Positions 22,152 to 34,317 of a stretch of DNA of 64,000 nucleotides are shown piece by piece; within the stretch, counting starts at the first letter, position 1, and every line of letters begins with the position of its first letter. Source of the stretch: an uncultured Chlamydiae bacterium (GTDB lineage: Bacteria; Chlamydiota; Chlamydiia; Chlamydiales; Parachlamydiaceae); NCBI GenBank assembly GCA_963754655.1, contig CAVWGN010000001.1, forward strand, positions 1,888,001 to 1,952,000, in the 5' to 3' direction. Position numbers and translations under genes: made by a program. The notes under the pieces are model-generated. The model did no database searches, was not told the DNA's origin, and saw only the letters and a list, made by a program, of their open reading frames with translations.

Positions 22152-22532
22152 ATTGTTCAACTTCTTCATGAAAATTATTTTTGGTGAATTGAATAATTTC
22201 CAAAGCTTTTTTGGAACTTTCTCTTTCTCTTAAACTTTTATAGCCAATTTGAAGATGATCCTGAAATTTGACCTCAGACACTTTAACGCTTTTTTGAACG
22301 ATAGAATTTAATAAATCATCCATGACTTGCACATTCCGCTTTGGTAATGGAAAAAGAGTGCTTCCATGGCTTCCTATTCTCGCTTCTCCTATTTGGCATA
22401 AAATGTTCATGAGCAAAATATGCAGTTAGTGCTTGCAATTGATCCCATTTAAACAGGACCTTTAATATTTTCAAGGCTAGTACTCTAACTTTTCTCTCAG
22501 TAAGGCTTTTTTTAAAGAAATCGGTGCTTGAA

Positions 22533-25171
22533 TTAACTTGCTATAAGATTGTAGCAGCCGGTTGAGTCAAACTTTTTTAAGCTTTTGGGAAGCTTGTCCA
22601 ACGAGGCTATATTAGTGAATCCTACATTAAGCTTTTCTAGCTTTGAAAAAGACTCATCAAGCTTTTGAAAGGATTCTTCTGTAAGAGCCATGCAGTTAAC
22701 TAAGTCAAGCTCTTTTAAGTTTTTGGGGAGCTTGTCTAGTGATGCTATGTGAGTCGATCCTACATTAAGCTTTTCTAGCTTTATGAAAAAGACTCATCAA
22801 GCTTTTGAATGGATTCTGTTTTAAGGGAATGCAACCGATAGAGAGGTCAAAATGGATTTAACTAAATTATATTGCAGTGTAGATGATTTTTGGAAGTCAT
22901 TTAAACAAGAATGGGATAAGCATTTGATTGATAATGGCAAAACAAAGCGAGGGCCTGAACCAGAATTATCAATTCCAGAGATGATGACAATTGTGATTTT
23001 ATTTCATCAATCGAATTATCGAACATTTAAATATTTTTATGACTACGTTTGTAAGTATTTACGAAGAGATTTTCCAAAATTAATTAGCTATAGCCGTTTT
23101 GTTTATTTAATGAAGAATTTATTTATTCCATTATTTGCCTACCTTTTAGAGAGAAGAGGAGAGATAACAGGAATTGCTTTTATTGATTCTACATCTCTAG
23201 ATGTTTGCCATAATAAACGCATTAAAAGAAATAAAGTTTTCAAAGGTTTAGCCAAACGTGGAAAAACGACCTCTGGATGGTTCTATGGATTTAAATTACA
23301 TTTGATTATTAATGAGAAAGGAGAAATTTTAGCCTTTCAGCTGACTCCTGGGAATATTGCGGATGTATCTGTTGCTGAAACGTTATCAAAAGGAATTTTT
23401 GGAAAGTTATTCGGTGACAAAGGATATATTTCGGCAGAACTTGCAAAAACAGCTTTTAAAACAAGGACTTGAGTTGTTTACAACTATAAGATCAAATATG
23501 AAGCAAAAGCTCATGAAGTTAACAGATAGAATTCTTCTTAGAAAACGAGCAATAATTGAAACAGTAAATGATCAATTAAAAAATATTTCTCAAATTGAAC
23601 ATACACGTCATAGAAGTGCTGGAAACTTTTTGATCAATCTATTAGCTGGTATTGTAGCTTATACTCATCAGCAAAAAAAGCCATCTATAAATTTAGCTGA
23701 GCAAGATCGTATGTTATTAATGGCTGCATAAAAAACCCAAAACTCAGGTTACATTAAGCTTTTCTAGCTTTGAAAAAGACTCATCAAGCTTTTGAATGGA
23801 TTCTGTTGTAAGAGACCTGCATCCGAGTAAGCTAAGCTCTTTTAAGTTTTTGGGGAGCTTGTCTAGTGATGCTATGTTAGTCAATCCTACATTAAGCTTT
23901 TCTAGCTTTGAAAAAGACTCATCAAGCTTTTGAAATGATTCTGCCGTAAGAGAATTGCAATACGATAAGTCAAGCTTTTTTAAGCTTTTGGGGAGCTTGT
24001 CTAAGGAAGTTATGTCTGTTGATCTTCTTACATTAAGCTTTTCTAGCTTTGAAAAAGACTCATCAAGCTTTTGAAAGGATTGTGCTGTAAGAAGCTGGCA
24101 TCTTTCTAAGTCAAGCTCTTTTAAGCTTTTGGGGAGCTTGTCTAGGGAGGTTATATTAGTGAATCCTACATTAAGCTTTTCTAGCTTTGAAAAGGACTCA
24201 TCAAGTTTTTGAAAGGATTCTGTTGTAAGAGAATAGCATTTCGCTAAGTTAAGTTCTTTTAAGTTTTTGGGGAGCTTGTCTAGGGAGGCTATGTCAGTCG
24301 ATCCTACATTAAGCTTTTCTAGCTTTGAAAAAGACTCATCAAGCTTTTGAAGGGATTCTGCCGTAAGAGACCTGCATAAGTTTAAGTTAAGCTCTTTTAA
24401 GTTTTTGGGGAGCTTGTCTAGGGAGGCTATGTCAGTCGATCCTACATAAAGCTTTTCTAGCTTTGAAAAAGACTCATCAAGCTTTTGAAAGGATTCTGCC
24501 GTAAGAGACCTGCATAAGTTTAAGTTAAGCTCTTTTAAGTTTTTGGGGAGCTTGTCTAGGGAGGCTATATTAGTTAATTCTACATTAAGCTTTTCTAGCT
24601 TTGAAAAAAAGGATAAATCTAATTTCTCTATTGGAGTAGTGCCTGATAAAGTCAGAGATCGAAGATTGGGACAGGCTTGTTGTAATCTTCTGAGTTTTTC
24701 ATTATCTAAGCTTGTAAAATCAGGAAGATTGAGTGTATTGATTTCTTCTCCAAATTGCAGGGCAGCCTCAAATGTTTGCTCAGGAGAAGGGTTACTATCT
24801 AACAACTCAAAAGCTATTACTTTTCCCATCATTTGCGAATAGATGTCCATTGAACCCGCTGCCTCAAGCAACTCAGGATAGCGAATATCATGTGGAGAAG
24901 GATTGTCTAAATACTGCATGATTTGCTTCCAAAGATTTTGATCTTCGGGTTGAATCTTAAGTTGTTGAAGTAAGTTTTTAACTTCCTGTGCAGTTTCTTG
25001 TGAAGGCAAAGAAAAGGCTGCTTGTCTTAAAAAATCTTGAATAATAAGATTAATTTTTTTTAAATTTTTCGTTTTATCTGAAGAAACCTTTTCATTATTA
25101 TAAGTGTTGATTAATTCCTTAAAAGAAACTTCGATAGACGAAGGTAAATGGTAAGAATGATTCGGATCCAT
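22533..25171 (-). pseudogene. LRR array copy 4, interrupted by IS982 (ORF 23744-25171; 3' remnant 22533-22820)
   Basis: LRR repeats and terminal cap resume on the other side of the IS. Confidence 0.85.
22821..23749 (+). mobile_element. IS982-family element, frameshifted transposase (22852-23731), left end missing
   Basis: [44 protein letters not shown]; right end AACTCAGGT with no matching left IR; extra A near 23447. Confidence 0.88.
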
Positions 25172-25494
25172 ATTTTCTTCTCTCTTTTGATTATGATTAA
25201 AAATTTAATAAAATAATTAATAAATAATTTATTATGTTTACAAATGCTATTATACAAACTATTTTAATTTTTAAGCGAGTATTAAAAACAATTTTTATTT
25301 AGTTGACATTTGTATTAGATTTATTTTCAACTTGAGATTGATTTAATATCAAATGAATTTAGTAAAAAAATTTGATTTGATATTAAATCTATGGAAACAG
25401 TTTTTCCTTCAAAAATATTTAACTAAATCGATCATAAAAATGAATAAAAACAAAAAATCCTGCCTTTTGTTGGCATGAAGATGATCCGAATTGC

Positions 25495-25786
25495 CAGGGT
25501 GTTTTTACTAAACATATTTGACACTTGCAGCCCTTTAGGCTGCATGACACAACCCGCTCATAACCGAGGCGTTGTTCTAGTCTATTGCACTTACAGCCTT
25601 TCAGGCTGATAAAGAACCTCAGCTATAATATTAGACCACAAGTCTAAAAGTACAATAGGAAATTCCCTGCATTAGCCTGAAGGGCTTTAAGTGCAATAGA
25701 CCAGGGTAACTCCGTGGTTATAAGCCGTTTGTGTCATGTAGCCTGAAGAGCTGCAAGTATCAAATATGTTTAGTAAAAACACCCTG
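25495..25786. mobile_element. Palindromic CAGGG-ended MITE, copy 4
   Basis: Complete TIRs as in copy 2. Confidence 0.85.
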
Positions 25787-25799
25787 ATTGAATTGCTTT

Positions 25800-26132
25800 T
25801 TATTGAATTTCTTGAAAGAAATCTTTGATCTTTGCTTCACATTCTTCTTTTGACATATATCCTACAAGGCGGGAAACAACTTTTCCTTTATACATTAAGA
25901 TAGTTGTCGGATAGGCTTTGACCTTTAAAAAGTTGACTAATAACGTCTCTTCATCAGCATCAATTTTAGCAAATTGGCATTCTTTCTTATATTTTTCATG
26001 TAATGTTTCAAAAATGGGAGCAAAATATCTACAAGGACGACACCAGTCTGCATAGACATCAATAATGAAGGCCTTGTCTGATTGTTCAACTTCTTCATGA
26101 AAATTATTTTTGGTGAATTGAATAATTTCCAA
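25800..26132 (-). pseudogene. 5'-truncated thioredoxin duplicate
   Basis: WCRPC domain as at 19025-19357. Confidence 0.75.
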
Positions 26133-26417
26133 AGCTTTTTGGAACTATCTCTTTCTCTTAAACTTTCATAGCCAATTTAAAGATGATCCTGAAATTTGAC
26201 CTCAGACACTTTAACACTTTTTTGAACGATAGAATTTAATAAATCATCCATGACTTGCACATTCGCTTTGGTAATGGAAAAAGAGTGCTTCATATCCTTT
26301 ATTTTTCACAATAATCAAAGCCTAAAGTAGTATTATTTATTTGAATATTAAAAAGATAATGATAAAATATTTATGTGATTAGAATTGCTATTTTTTGTAC
26401 AAAATTAACACCCTAAA

Positions 26418-27063
26418 CCCACGGTAAAGCTTCGATTAAATTTTTAAATCATTTAAAATAATCTTGAATCCGTTTTCAGACCTATCAGCCATAGGATTTG
26501 TTAAAAGATCGCTTAAGTTATCCCATTTATCTGCTAATTTAATTTGAGCAGCTCCTGCTGATTTATAAGGAGCTGTCATAATTTGGAGCTTTTTGCGCTC
26601 CTCTTTAGGAAGAGTTTTATCATCTGTCACTTCTTGTACAAAAGCAGTTATTCGCTCTCCGAATAAATCTAGAAGTTCTTGATAAGAAGTTTTCAGTATC
26701 TTCCAATGTATCATGGAGTAAACCTGCGATAATGATAGAGGGATCTCGAATGCTTCCTACCGTGACCAAGTGATGCGCGACTGAAAGAGGATGGACGACA
26801 TAAGGTGTTTGTGCCTCATCTTTGCGCACTTGCTTGTGATGTTTATGAGCAGCAAATTCGACTGCTTTTAGACTGAGACGTACATCTTCTTCAATCCAAC
26901 CTTTCCCTCTTTCATAAACAACCATTAAAACCTTTTGAAATTGAATAGACTTTTCTTGTATCTGAAAGACAGGAGGGCCAAAATATTCTTTCACAACCTC
27001 ATCTAACCTTTTAAAATGCTGCTGTATTCTTTGAAGAGTAGAGGGATGGGGACGAATAAGCAT
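26418..27063 (-). pseudogene. Frameshifted HD-hydrolase duplicate with intact 5' end
   Basis: Near-identical to 4765-5409 but with the extra T near 26692 and an altered 3' end. Confidence 0.88.
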
Positions 27064-27406
27064 ACACCTCTATTAAAACGACTTGCTTTTTAGCATGCTC
27101 AAGAAGCTATGGCTTTCCCAACTTTTTTGGTACTTATCTTCTCGCCATAGGCATTCCTATTTTTATAATAAATTTTTCATATAAACGAAATAGAGAAAAA
27201 TAAATAAATCATTTATGAGCAAAAATATCCGCCGCTTCCATGGCTTCCTATTCTCGCTTCTCCTATCTGGCATAAAACGTTCATGAGCAAAATATGCAGT
27301 TAGTGCTTGCAATTGATCCCATTTAAACAGGACCTTTAATATTTTCAAGGCTAGTACTCTAACTTTTCTCTCAGTAAGGCTTTTTTTAAAGAAATCGGTG
27401 CTTGAA

Positions 27407-29200
27407 TTAACTTGCTATAAGATTGTAGCAGCCGGTTGAGTCAAACTTTTTTAAGCTTTTGGGAAGCTTGTCCAACGAGGCTATATTAGTGTATCCTACA
27501 TCAAGCTTTTCTAGCTTTGAAAAAGACTCATCAAGCTTTTGAAAGGATTCTGCCGTAAGAGACTCGCATCTCTGTAAGTCAAGCTCTTTTAAGCTTTTGG
27601 GGAGCTTGTCTAAGGAGGCTATATCACTGAATCCTACATTAAGCTTTTCTAGCATTGAAAAGGACTCATCAAGCTTTTGAAAGGCTTCTGCTGTAAGAAG
27701 CCAGCATCTCTCTAAGTCAAGCTCTTTTAAGCTTTTGGGGAGCTTGTCTAGGGAGGCTATTCCAGTGAATCCTACATCAAGCTTTTCTAGCTTTGAAAAG
27801 GACTCATCAAGCTTTTGAAAGGACTCTAAGGAATCTATTGTAAGATCCGTGCATTTATATAAGTTAAGCTCTTTTAAGTTTTTGGGGAGCTTGTCTAGGG
27901 AGCCTATGTGAGTCGATCCTAAATCGAGCTTTTCTAGCTTTGAAAAGGACTCATCAAGCTTTTGAAAGGATTCTGCTGTAAGATAATTGCAATACCTTAA
28001 GTCAAGCTCTTTTAAGTTTTTAGGGAGCTTGTCTAGGGAGATTATATTAGTGTATCCTACATTAAGCTTTTCTAGCTTTGAAAAGGACTCATCAAGCTTT
28101 TGAAAGGATTCTGCCGTAAGAGACTCGCATCTCTCTAAGTCAAGCTCTTTTAAGTTGTTGGGGAGCTTGTCTAGGGAGGCTATGTGAGTAAATCCTAAAC
28201 TAAGCTTTTCTAGCTTTGGAAAAGACTCATCAAGCTTCTGAAAAGCTTCTGCTGTAAGATATGTGCATCCGGCTAAGTTAAGTTCTTTTAAGTTGTTGGG
28301 GAGCTTGTCTAGGGAGGTTATGTTAGTCGAGCCTACATTAAGCTTTTCTAGCATTGAAAAGGACTCATCAAGCTTTTGAAAGGATTCTGCCTTAAGAGAA
28401 TGGCATGCCGTTAAGTCAAGCTCTTTTAAGTTGTTGGGGAGCTTGTCTAGGGAGGCTATGTAAGTAAATCCTAAATTAAGCTTTTCTAGCTTTGGAAAAG
28501 ACTCATCAAGCTTTTGAAAGGATTCTGCTGTAAGATAATAGCAGCGCGCTAAGTTAAGCTCTTTTAAGCTTTTGGGGAGCTTGTCTAGGGATGCTATGTC
28601 AGTCGATTCTACACTAAGCTTTTCTAGGTTTGAAAAAGAGGATAAATCTAATTTCTCTATTGGAGTAGTGCCTGATAAAGTCAGAGATCGAAGATTGGGA
28701 CAGGCTTGTTGTAATCTTCTGAGTTTTTCATTATCTAAGCTTGTAAAATCAGGAAGATCGAGTGTAGTGATTTCTTCTCCAAATTGCAGGGCAGCCTCAA
28801 ATGTTTGCTCAGGAGAAGGGTTACTATCTAACAACTCAAAAGCTATTACTTTTCCCATAATTTGTGAATAGATGTCCATTGAACCCGCTGCCTCAAGCAA
28901 CTCAGGATAGCGAATATCATGTGGAGAAGGATTGTCTAAATACTGCATGATTTGATTCCAAAGATTTTGATCTTCGGGTTGAATCTTAAGTTGTTGAAGT
29001 AAGTTTTTAACTTCCTGTGCAGTTTCTTGTGAAGGCAAAGAAAAGGCTGCTTGTCTTAAAAAATCTTGAATAATAAGATTAATTTTTTCTAACTTTTTCG
29101 TTTTATCTGAAAAAACCTTCTCATTATTATAAGTGTTGATTAATTCCTTAAAAGAAACTTCGATAGACGAAGGTAAATGGTAAGAATGATTCGGGTCCAT
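27407..29200 (-). CDS. LRR array copy 5 (intact, 597 aa)
   Basis: Eight 26-aa Cys-type modules; terminal cap present. Confidence 0.9.
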   Translation of the reverse strand: MDPNHSYHLPSSIEVSFKELINTYNNEKVFSDKTKKLEKINLIIQDFLRQAAFSLPSQETAQEVKNLLQQLKIQPEDQNLWNQIMQYLDNPSPHDIRYPELLEAAGSMDIYSQIMGKVIAFELLDSNPSPEQTFEAALQFGEEITTLDLPDFTSLDNEKLRRLQQACPNLRSLTLSGTTPIEKLDLSSFSNLEKLSVESTDIASLDKLPKSLKELNLARCYYLTAESFQKLDESFPKLEKLNLGFTYIASLDKLPNNLKELDLTACHSLKAESFQKLDESFSMLEKLNVGSTNITSLDKLPNNLKELNLAGCTYLTAEAFQKLDESFPKLEKLSLGFTHIASLDKLPNNLKELDLERCESLTAESFQKLDESFSKLEKLNVGYTNIISLDKLPKNLKELDLRYCNYLTAESFQKLDESFSKLEKLDLGSTHIGSLDKLPKNLKELNLYKCTDLTIDSLESFQKLDESFSKLEKLDVGFTGIASLDKLPKSLKELDLERCWLLTAEAFQKLDESFSMLEKLNVGFSDIASLDKLPKSLKELDLQRCESLTAESFQKLDESFSKLEKLDVGYTNIASLDKLPKSLKKFDSTGCYNLIAS

Positions 29201-29524
29201 ATTTTCTTCTCTCTTTTGATTATGATTAAAAATTTAATACAATAATTAATAAATAATTTATTATGTTTACAAATGCTATTATACAAACTATTTTAATTTT
29301 TAAGCGAGTACTAAAGACATTTTTTATTTAATTGACATTTGTATTAGATTTAATTTCAACTTGAGATTGATTTAATATCAATCAATTTAATAAAAAAATT
29401 GATTCGATATTAAATCTATGGAAGGAAATAGTTTTTCTTTCAAAAAAGTTTATCTAAATTGATCATAAAAATGAACAAAAATAAAAAATGCTGTCTTTTG
29501 TTAGCATAAAGATGACCGAATTGC

Positions 29525-29816
29525 CAGGGTGTTTTTACTAAACATATTTGACACTTGCAGCCCTTCAGGCTGTATGACACAAGCCACTCATAACCAAGGC
29601 GTTATCTTAGTCTATTGCACTTACAGCCTTTCAGGCTGATAGAGAACCTCAGCTTACAATATTAGACCGCAAGTCTAAAAGTAAAATAGGAAGTTCCCTG
29701 CATTAGCCTGAAGGGCTTTAAGTGCAATATACCAGGACAACGCCCTGGGTATGAGTGGGTTGTGTCACGCAGCCTGAAGGGCTGCAAGTGTCAAATATTT
29801 TTAGTAAAAAACACTG
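29525..29816. mobile_element. Palindromic CAGGG-ended MITE, copy 5 (short-unit type)
   Basis: As copies 1 and 3. Confidence 0.8.
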
Positions 29817-30140
29817 ATTGTTCAACTTCTTCATGAAAATTATTTTTGGTGAATTGAATAATTTCCAAAGCTTTTTTGGAACTATCTCTTTCTCTTAAAC
29901 TTTCATAGCCAATTTGAAGATGATCCTGAAATTTGACCTCAGACACTTTAACGCTTTTTTGAACGATAGAATTTAATAAATCATCCATGACTTGCACATT
30001 CCGCTTTGGTAATGGAAAAAGAGTGCTTCCATGGCTTCCTATTCTCGCTTCTCCTATCTGGCATAAAATGTTCATGAGCAAAATATGCAGTTAGTGCAAT
30101 TGATCCCATTTAAATAGGACCTTTAATATTTTCAAGGCTA

Positions 30141-30979
30141 GGGAGCGTACCTAAAAGATTTAAAATAATAACTATTATGATTTATAATTTTCTCTGATAA
30201 AACAAGGGGGAAATTTGAATGAGTAGGATAGTATTAACTAATGAAAGATGGATAAAAATAAAACCTTTATTGCCAAAAGAACGAGGATATTGGGGCAGAC
30301 CAAGTCGGCCTCATCGTAAGATTTTAGAAGGCATTATTTGGATTTTAAGAACAGGAGCCGCTTGGAGGGATCTACCACCCAAGTATGGTCCTTGGAGCAC
30401 ATGTTATAATCGCTTTAATCATGGACAAAGGCTGGAATCTGGCAAACGATTTGGCAAGCTTTAAAAGATGAAATTGACGAAGAAAATTACTCTGTAGACA
30501 GCTCAATTGTTGAAGCGCATCAAGATGCTTGTAGGATAAAAAAAAAGCCGAAGAAGTCATGGGAAAATCAAGGGCCGGAACAACCACAAAAATTCATGCA
30601 GTAACAGATGGATTAGGTCGTTGTATTGATTTTATCTTGACAGAAGGTCAAGTACACGAGAGCACTCAAATGAAGCTTTTACTCAGTGGAAAAAGTCCAC
30701 AAAATGTTATAGCTGATAAAGCTTACGACTCAAATGAAATCAGAAATTTTATAGAAAAGATGGGAAGTCAAGCAGTCATACCCAGCAAAGTATCAAGAGC
30801 TGAACTAATTGAACATGATAAACATATCTACAGAGAGCGTTGCTTGGTAGAAAATTTTTTTCAGTTTATAAAACGATTTAGGCGTATTAAAATAAGATAC
30901 GAAATGAAAGCTCAAAATTATGCAGGAATGTTGACGATCGCTTGTATTATACAATGGTTAATCTTTTAGGTACGCTCCC
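30141..30979 (+). mobile_element. IS5-family element, copy 2 (orfA frameshifted)
   Basis: Same TIRs, inserted in CTAG; 1-bp deletion at TTTAATC^ATGG (~30420). Confidence 0.92.
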
Positions 30980-31033
30980 TAGTACTCTAACTTTTCTCTC
31001 AGTAAGGCTTTTTTAAAGAAATCGGTGCTTGAA

Positions 31034-32740
31034 TTAACTTGCTATAAGATTGTAGCAGCCGGTTGGGTCAAACTTTTTTAAGCTTTTGGGAAGCTTGTCC
31101 AACGAGGCTATATTAGTGTATCCTACATTAAGCTTTTCTAGCTTTGAAAAAGACTCATCAAGCTTTTGAAAGGATTCTGCCGTAAGAGACTCGCATCTCT
31201 CTAAGTCAAGCTCTTTTAAGCTTTTGGGGAGCTTGTCTAAGGAGGTTATATTAGTGAATCCTACATTAAGCTTTTCTAGCTTTGAAAAGGACTCATCAAG
31301 CTTTTGAAAGGATTCTGCTGTAAGAAGCCGGCATCTGTCTAAGTCAAGCTCTTTTAAGTTTTTGGGGAGCTTGTCTAGGGAGGCTAGGCGAGTCGATCCT
31401 AAATTGAGCTTTTTTAAGTTTTTGGGGAGCTTGTCTAGGGAGGCTATGTGAGTCGATCCTAAATCGAGCTTTTCTAGCTTTGAAAAGGACTCATCAAGCT
31501 TTTGAAAGGATTCTGCTGTAAGATAATTGCAATACCTTAAGTCAAGCTCTTTTAAGTTTTTGGGGAGCTTGTCTAGGGAGATTATATTAGTGAATCCTAC
31601 ATTAAGCTTTTCTAGCTTTGAAAAGGACTCATCAAGTTTTTGAAAGGATTCTGCCGTAAGAGACTTGCATCTCTCTAAGTCAAGCTCTTTTAAGCTTTTG
31701 GGGAGCTTGTCTAGGGAGGCTATATGAGTCGATGCTAAATCGAGCTTTTCTAGCTTTGGAAAGGACTCATCAAGCTTTTGAAAGAATTCTGCTGTAAGAG
31801 ACTTGCATCCGGCTAAGTCAAGCTCTTTTAAGTTGTTGGGGAGCTTGTCTAGGGAGGTTATATTAGTGAATCCTACATTAAGCTTTTCTAGCTTTGAAAA
31901 GGACTCATCAAGCTTTTGAAAGAATTCTGCTGTAAGAGACTTGCATCCGGCTAAGTCAAGCTCTTTTAAGTTGTTGGGGAGCTTGTCTAGGGAGGTTATG
32001 TGAGTAAATCCTAAATTAAGCTTTTCTAGCTTTGGAAAAGACTCATCAAGCTTCTGAAAAGCTTCTGCTGTAAGATATGTGCATCCTGCTAAGTTAAGCT
32101 CTTTTAAGTTTTTGGGGAGCTTGTCTAGGGATGCTATGTCAGTCGATCCTACATCAAGCTTTTCTAGCTTTGCAAAAGAGGATAAATCTAATTTCTCTAT
32201 TGGAGTAGTGCCTGATAAAGTCAGAGATCGAAGATTGGGACAGGCTTGTTGTAATCTTCTAAGTTTTTCATTATCTAAGCTTGTAAAATTGGAGAGATTG
32301 AGTGTAGTGATTTCTTCTCCAAATTGCAAGGTAGCCTCAAATCTTTGCTCAGGAGAAGGGTTACTATCTAACAACTCAAAAGCTATTACTTTTCCCATAA
32401 TTTGTGAATAGATGTCCATTGAACCCCCTGCCTCAAGCAGCTCAGGGTAGCGAATATCATGTGGAGAAGGATTGTCTAAATACTGCATGATTTGCTTCCA
32501 AAGATTTTGATCTTCGGGTTGAATCTTAAGTTGTTGAAGTAAGTTTTTAACTTCCTGTGCAGTTTCTTGTGAAGGCAAAGAAAAGGCTGCTTGTCTTAAA
32601 AAATCTTGAATAATAATATTAATTTTTTCTAAATTTTTCGTTTTATCTGAAGAGACCTTCTCACTATTATAAGTGTTGATTAATTCCTTAAAAGAAACTT
32701 CGATAAACGAAGGTAAATGGTAAAAATGATTCGGATCCAT
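31034..32740 (-). CDS. LRR array copy 6 (intact, 568 aa)
   Basis: Seven 26-aa modules, one doubled 20-aa module, terminal cap present. Confidence 0.9.
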   Translation of the reverse strand: MDPNHFYHLPSFIEVSFKELINTYNSEKVSSDKTKNLEKINIIIQDFLRQAAFSLPSQETAQEVKNLLQQLKIQPEDQNLWKQIMQYLDNPSPHDIRYPELLEAGGSMDIYSQIMGKVIAFELLDSNPSPEQRFEATLQFGEEITTLNLSNFTSLDNEKLRRLQQACPNLRSLTLSGTTPIEKLDLSSFAKLEKLDVGSTDIASLDKLPKNLKELNLAGCTYLTAEAFQKLDESFPKLEKLNLGFTHITSLDKLPNNLKELDLAGCKSLTAEFFQKLDESFSKLEKLNVGFTNITSLDKLPNNLKELDLAGCKSLTAEFFQKLDESFPKLEKLDLASTHIASLDKLPKSLKELDLERCKSLTAESFQKLDESFSKLEKLNVGFTNIISLDKLPKNLKELDLRYCNYLTAESFQKLDESFSKLEKLDLGSTHIASLDKLPKNLKKLNLGSTRLASLDKLPKNLKELDLDRCRLLTAESFQKLDESFSKLEKLNVGFTNITSLDKLPKSLKELDLERCESLTAESFQKLDESFSKLEKLNVGYTNIASLDKLPKSLKKFDPTGCYNLIAS

Positions 32741-33064
32741 ATTTTCTTCTCTCTTTTGATTATGATTAAAAATTTAATACAATAATTAATAAATAATTTA
32801 TTATGTTTACAAATGCTATTATACAAACTATTTTAATTTTTAAGCGAGTATTAAAAACAATTTTTATTTAATTGACATTTGTATTAGATTTATTTTCAAC
32901 TTGAGATTGATTTAATATCAAATGAATTTAGTAAAAAAATTTGATTTGATATTAAATCTATGGAAACAGTTTTTCCTTCAAAAATATTTAACTAAATCGA
33001 TCATAAAAATGAATGAAAATAAAAAAATCCTGTCTTTTGTTGGCATGAAGATGATCCGAATTGC

Positions 33065-33356
33065 CAGGGTGTTTTTACTAAACATATTTGACACTTGCAG
33101 CCCTTTAGGCTGCATGACACAACCCGCTCATAACCGAGGCGTTGTTCTAGTCTATTGCACTTACAGCCTTTTAGGCTGATAAAGAACCTCAGCTATAATA
33201 TTAGACCACAAGTCTAAAAGTACAATAGGAAATTCCCTGCATTAGCCTGAAGGGCTTTAAGTGCAATAGACCAGGGTAACTCCCTGGTTATAAGTGGTTT
33301 GTGTCATGTAGCCTGAAGAGCTGCAAGTATCAAATATGTTTAGTAAAAACACCCTG
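33065..33356. mobile_element. Palindromic CAGGG-ended MITE, copy 6
   Basis: Complete TIRs. Confidence 0.85.
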
Positions 33357-33369
33357 ATTGAATTGCTTT

Positions 33370-33702
33370 TTATTGAATTTCTTGAAAGAAATCTTTGATC
33401 TTTGCTTCACATTCTTCTTTTGACATATATCCTACAAGGCGGGAAACAACTTTTCCTTTATACATTAAGATAGTTGTCGGATAGGCTTTGACCTTTAAAA
33501 AGTTGACTAATAACGTCTCTTCATCAGCATCAATTTTAGCAAATTGGCATTCTTTCTTATATTTTTCATGTAATGTTTCAAAAATGGGAGCAAAATATCT
33601 ACAAGGACGACACCAGTCTGCATAGACATCAATAATGAAGACCTTATCTGATTGTTCAACTTCTTCATGAAAATTATTTTTGGTGAATTGAATAATTTCC
33701 AA
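33370..33702 (-). pseudogene. 5'-truncated thioredoxin duplicate
   Basis: WCRPC domain as above. Confidence 0.75.
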
Positions 33703-33987
33703 AGCTTTTTGGAACTATCTCTTTCTCTTAAACTTTCATAGCCAATTTGAAGATGACCCTGAAATTTGACCTCAGACACTTTAACGCTTTTTTGAACGAT
33801 AGAATTTAATAAATCATCCATGACTTGCACATTCCGCTTTGGTAATGGAAAAAGAGTGCTTCATATCCTTTATTTTTCACAATAATCAAAGCCTAAAGTA
33901 GTATTATTTATTTGAATATTAAAAAGATAATGATAAAATATTTATGTGATTAGAATTGCTATTTTTTGTACAAAATTAACACCCTAA

Positions 33988-34317
33988 ACCCACGGTAAAG
34001 CTTCGATTAAATTTTTAAATCATTTAAAATAATCTTGAATCCGTTTTCAGACCTATCAGCATAGGATTTGTTAAAAGATTGCTTAAGTTATCCCATTTAT
34101 CTGCTAATTTAATTTGAGCAGCTTCTGCTGATTTATAAGGAGCTGTCATAATTTGGAGCTTTTTGCGCTCCTCTTTAGGAAGAGTTTTATCATCTGTCAC
34201 TTCTTGTACAAAAGCAGTTATTCGCTCTCCGAATAAATCTAGAAGTTCTTGATAAGAAGTTTTCAGTATCTTCCAATGTATCATGGAGTAAACCTGCGAT
34301 AATGATAGAGGGATCTC
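33988..34317 (-). pseudogene. HD-hydrolase 3' fragment
   Basis: Carries the shared extra T; joined to LRR copy 7 at GGATCTC/TCTAGC. Confidence 0.85.

Noticed and set aside
19162..34284. Short ORFs MQVMDDLL, MLMNILCQ, MIHWKILK, MTQPKRLD
   Set aside because: Frameshifted or chimeric read-outs of the trx and HD pseudogene fragments.
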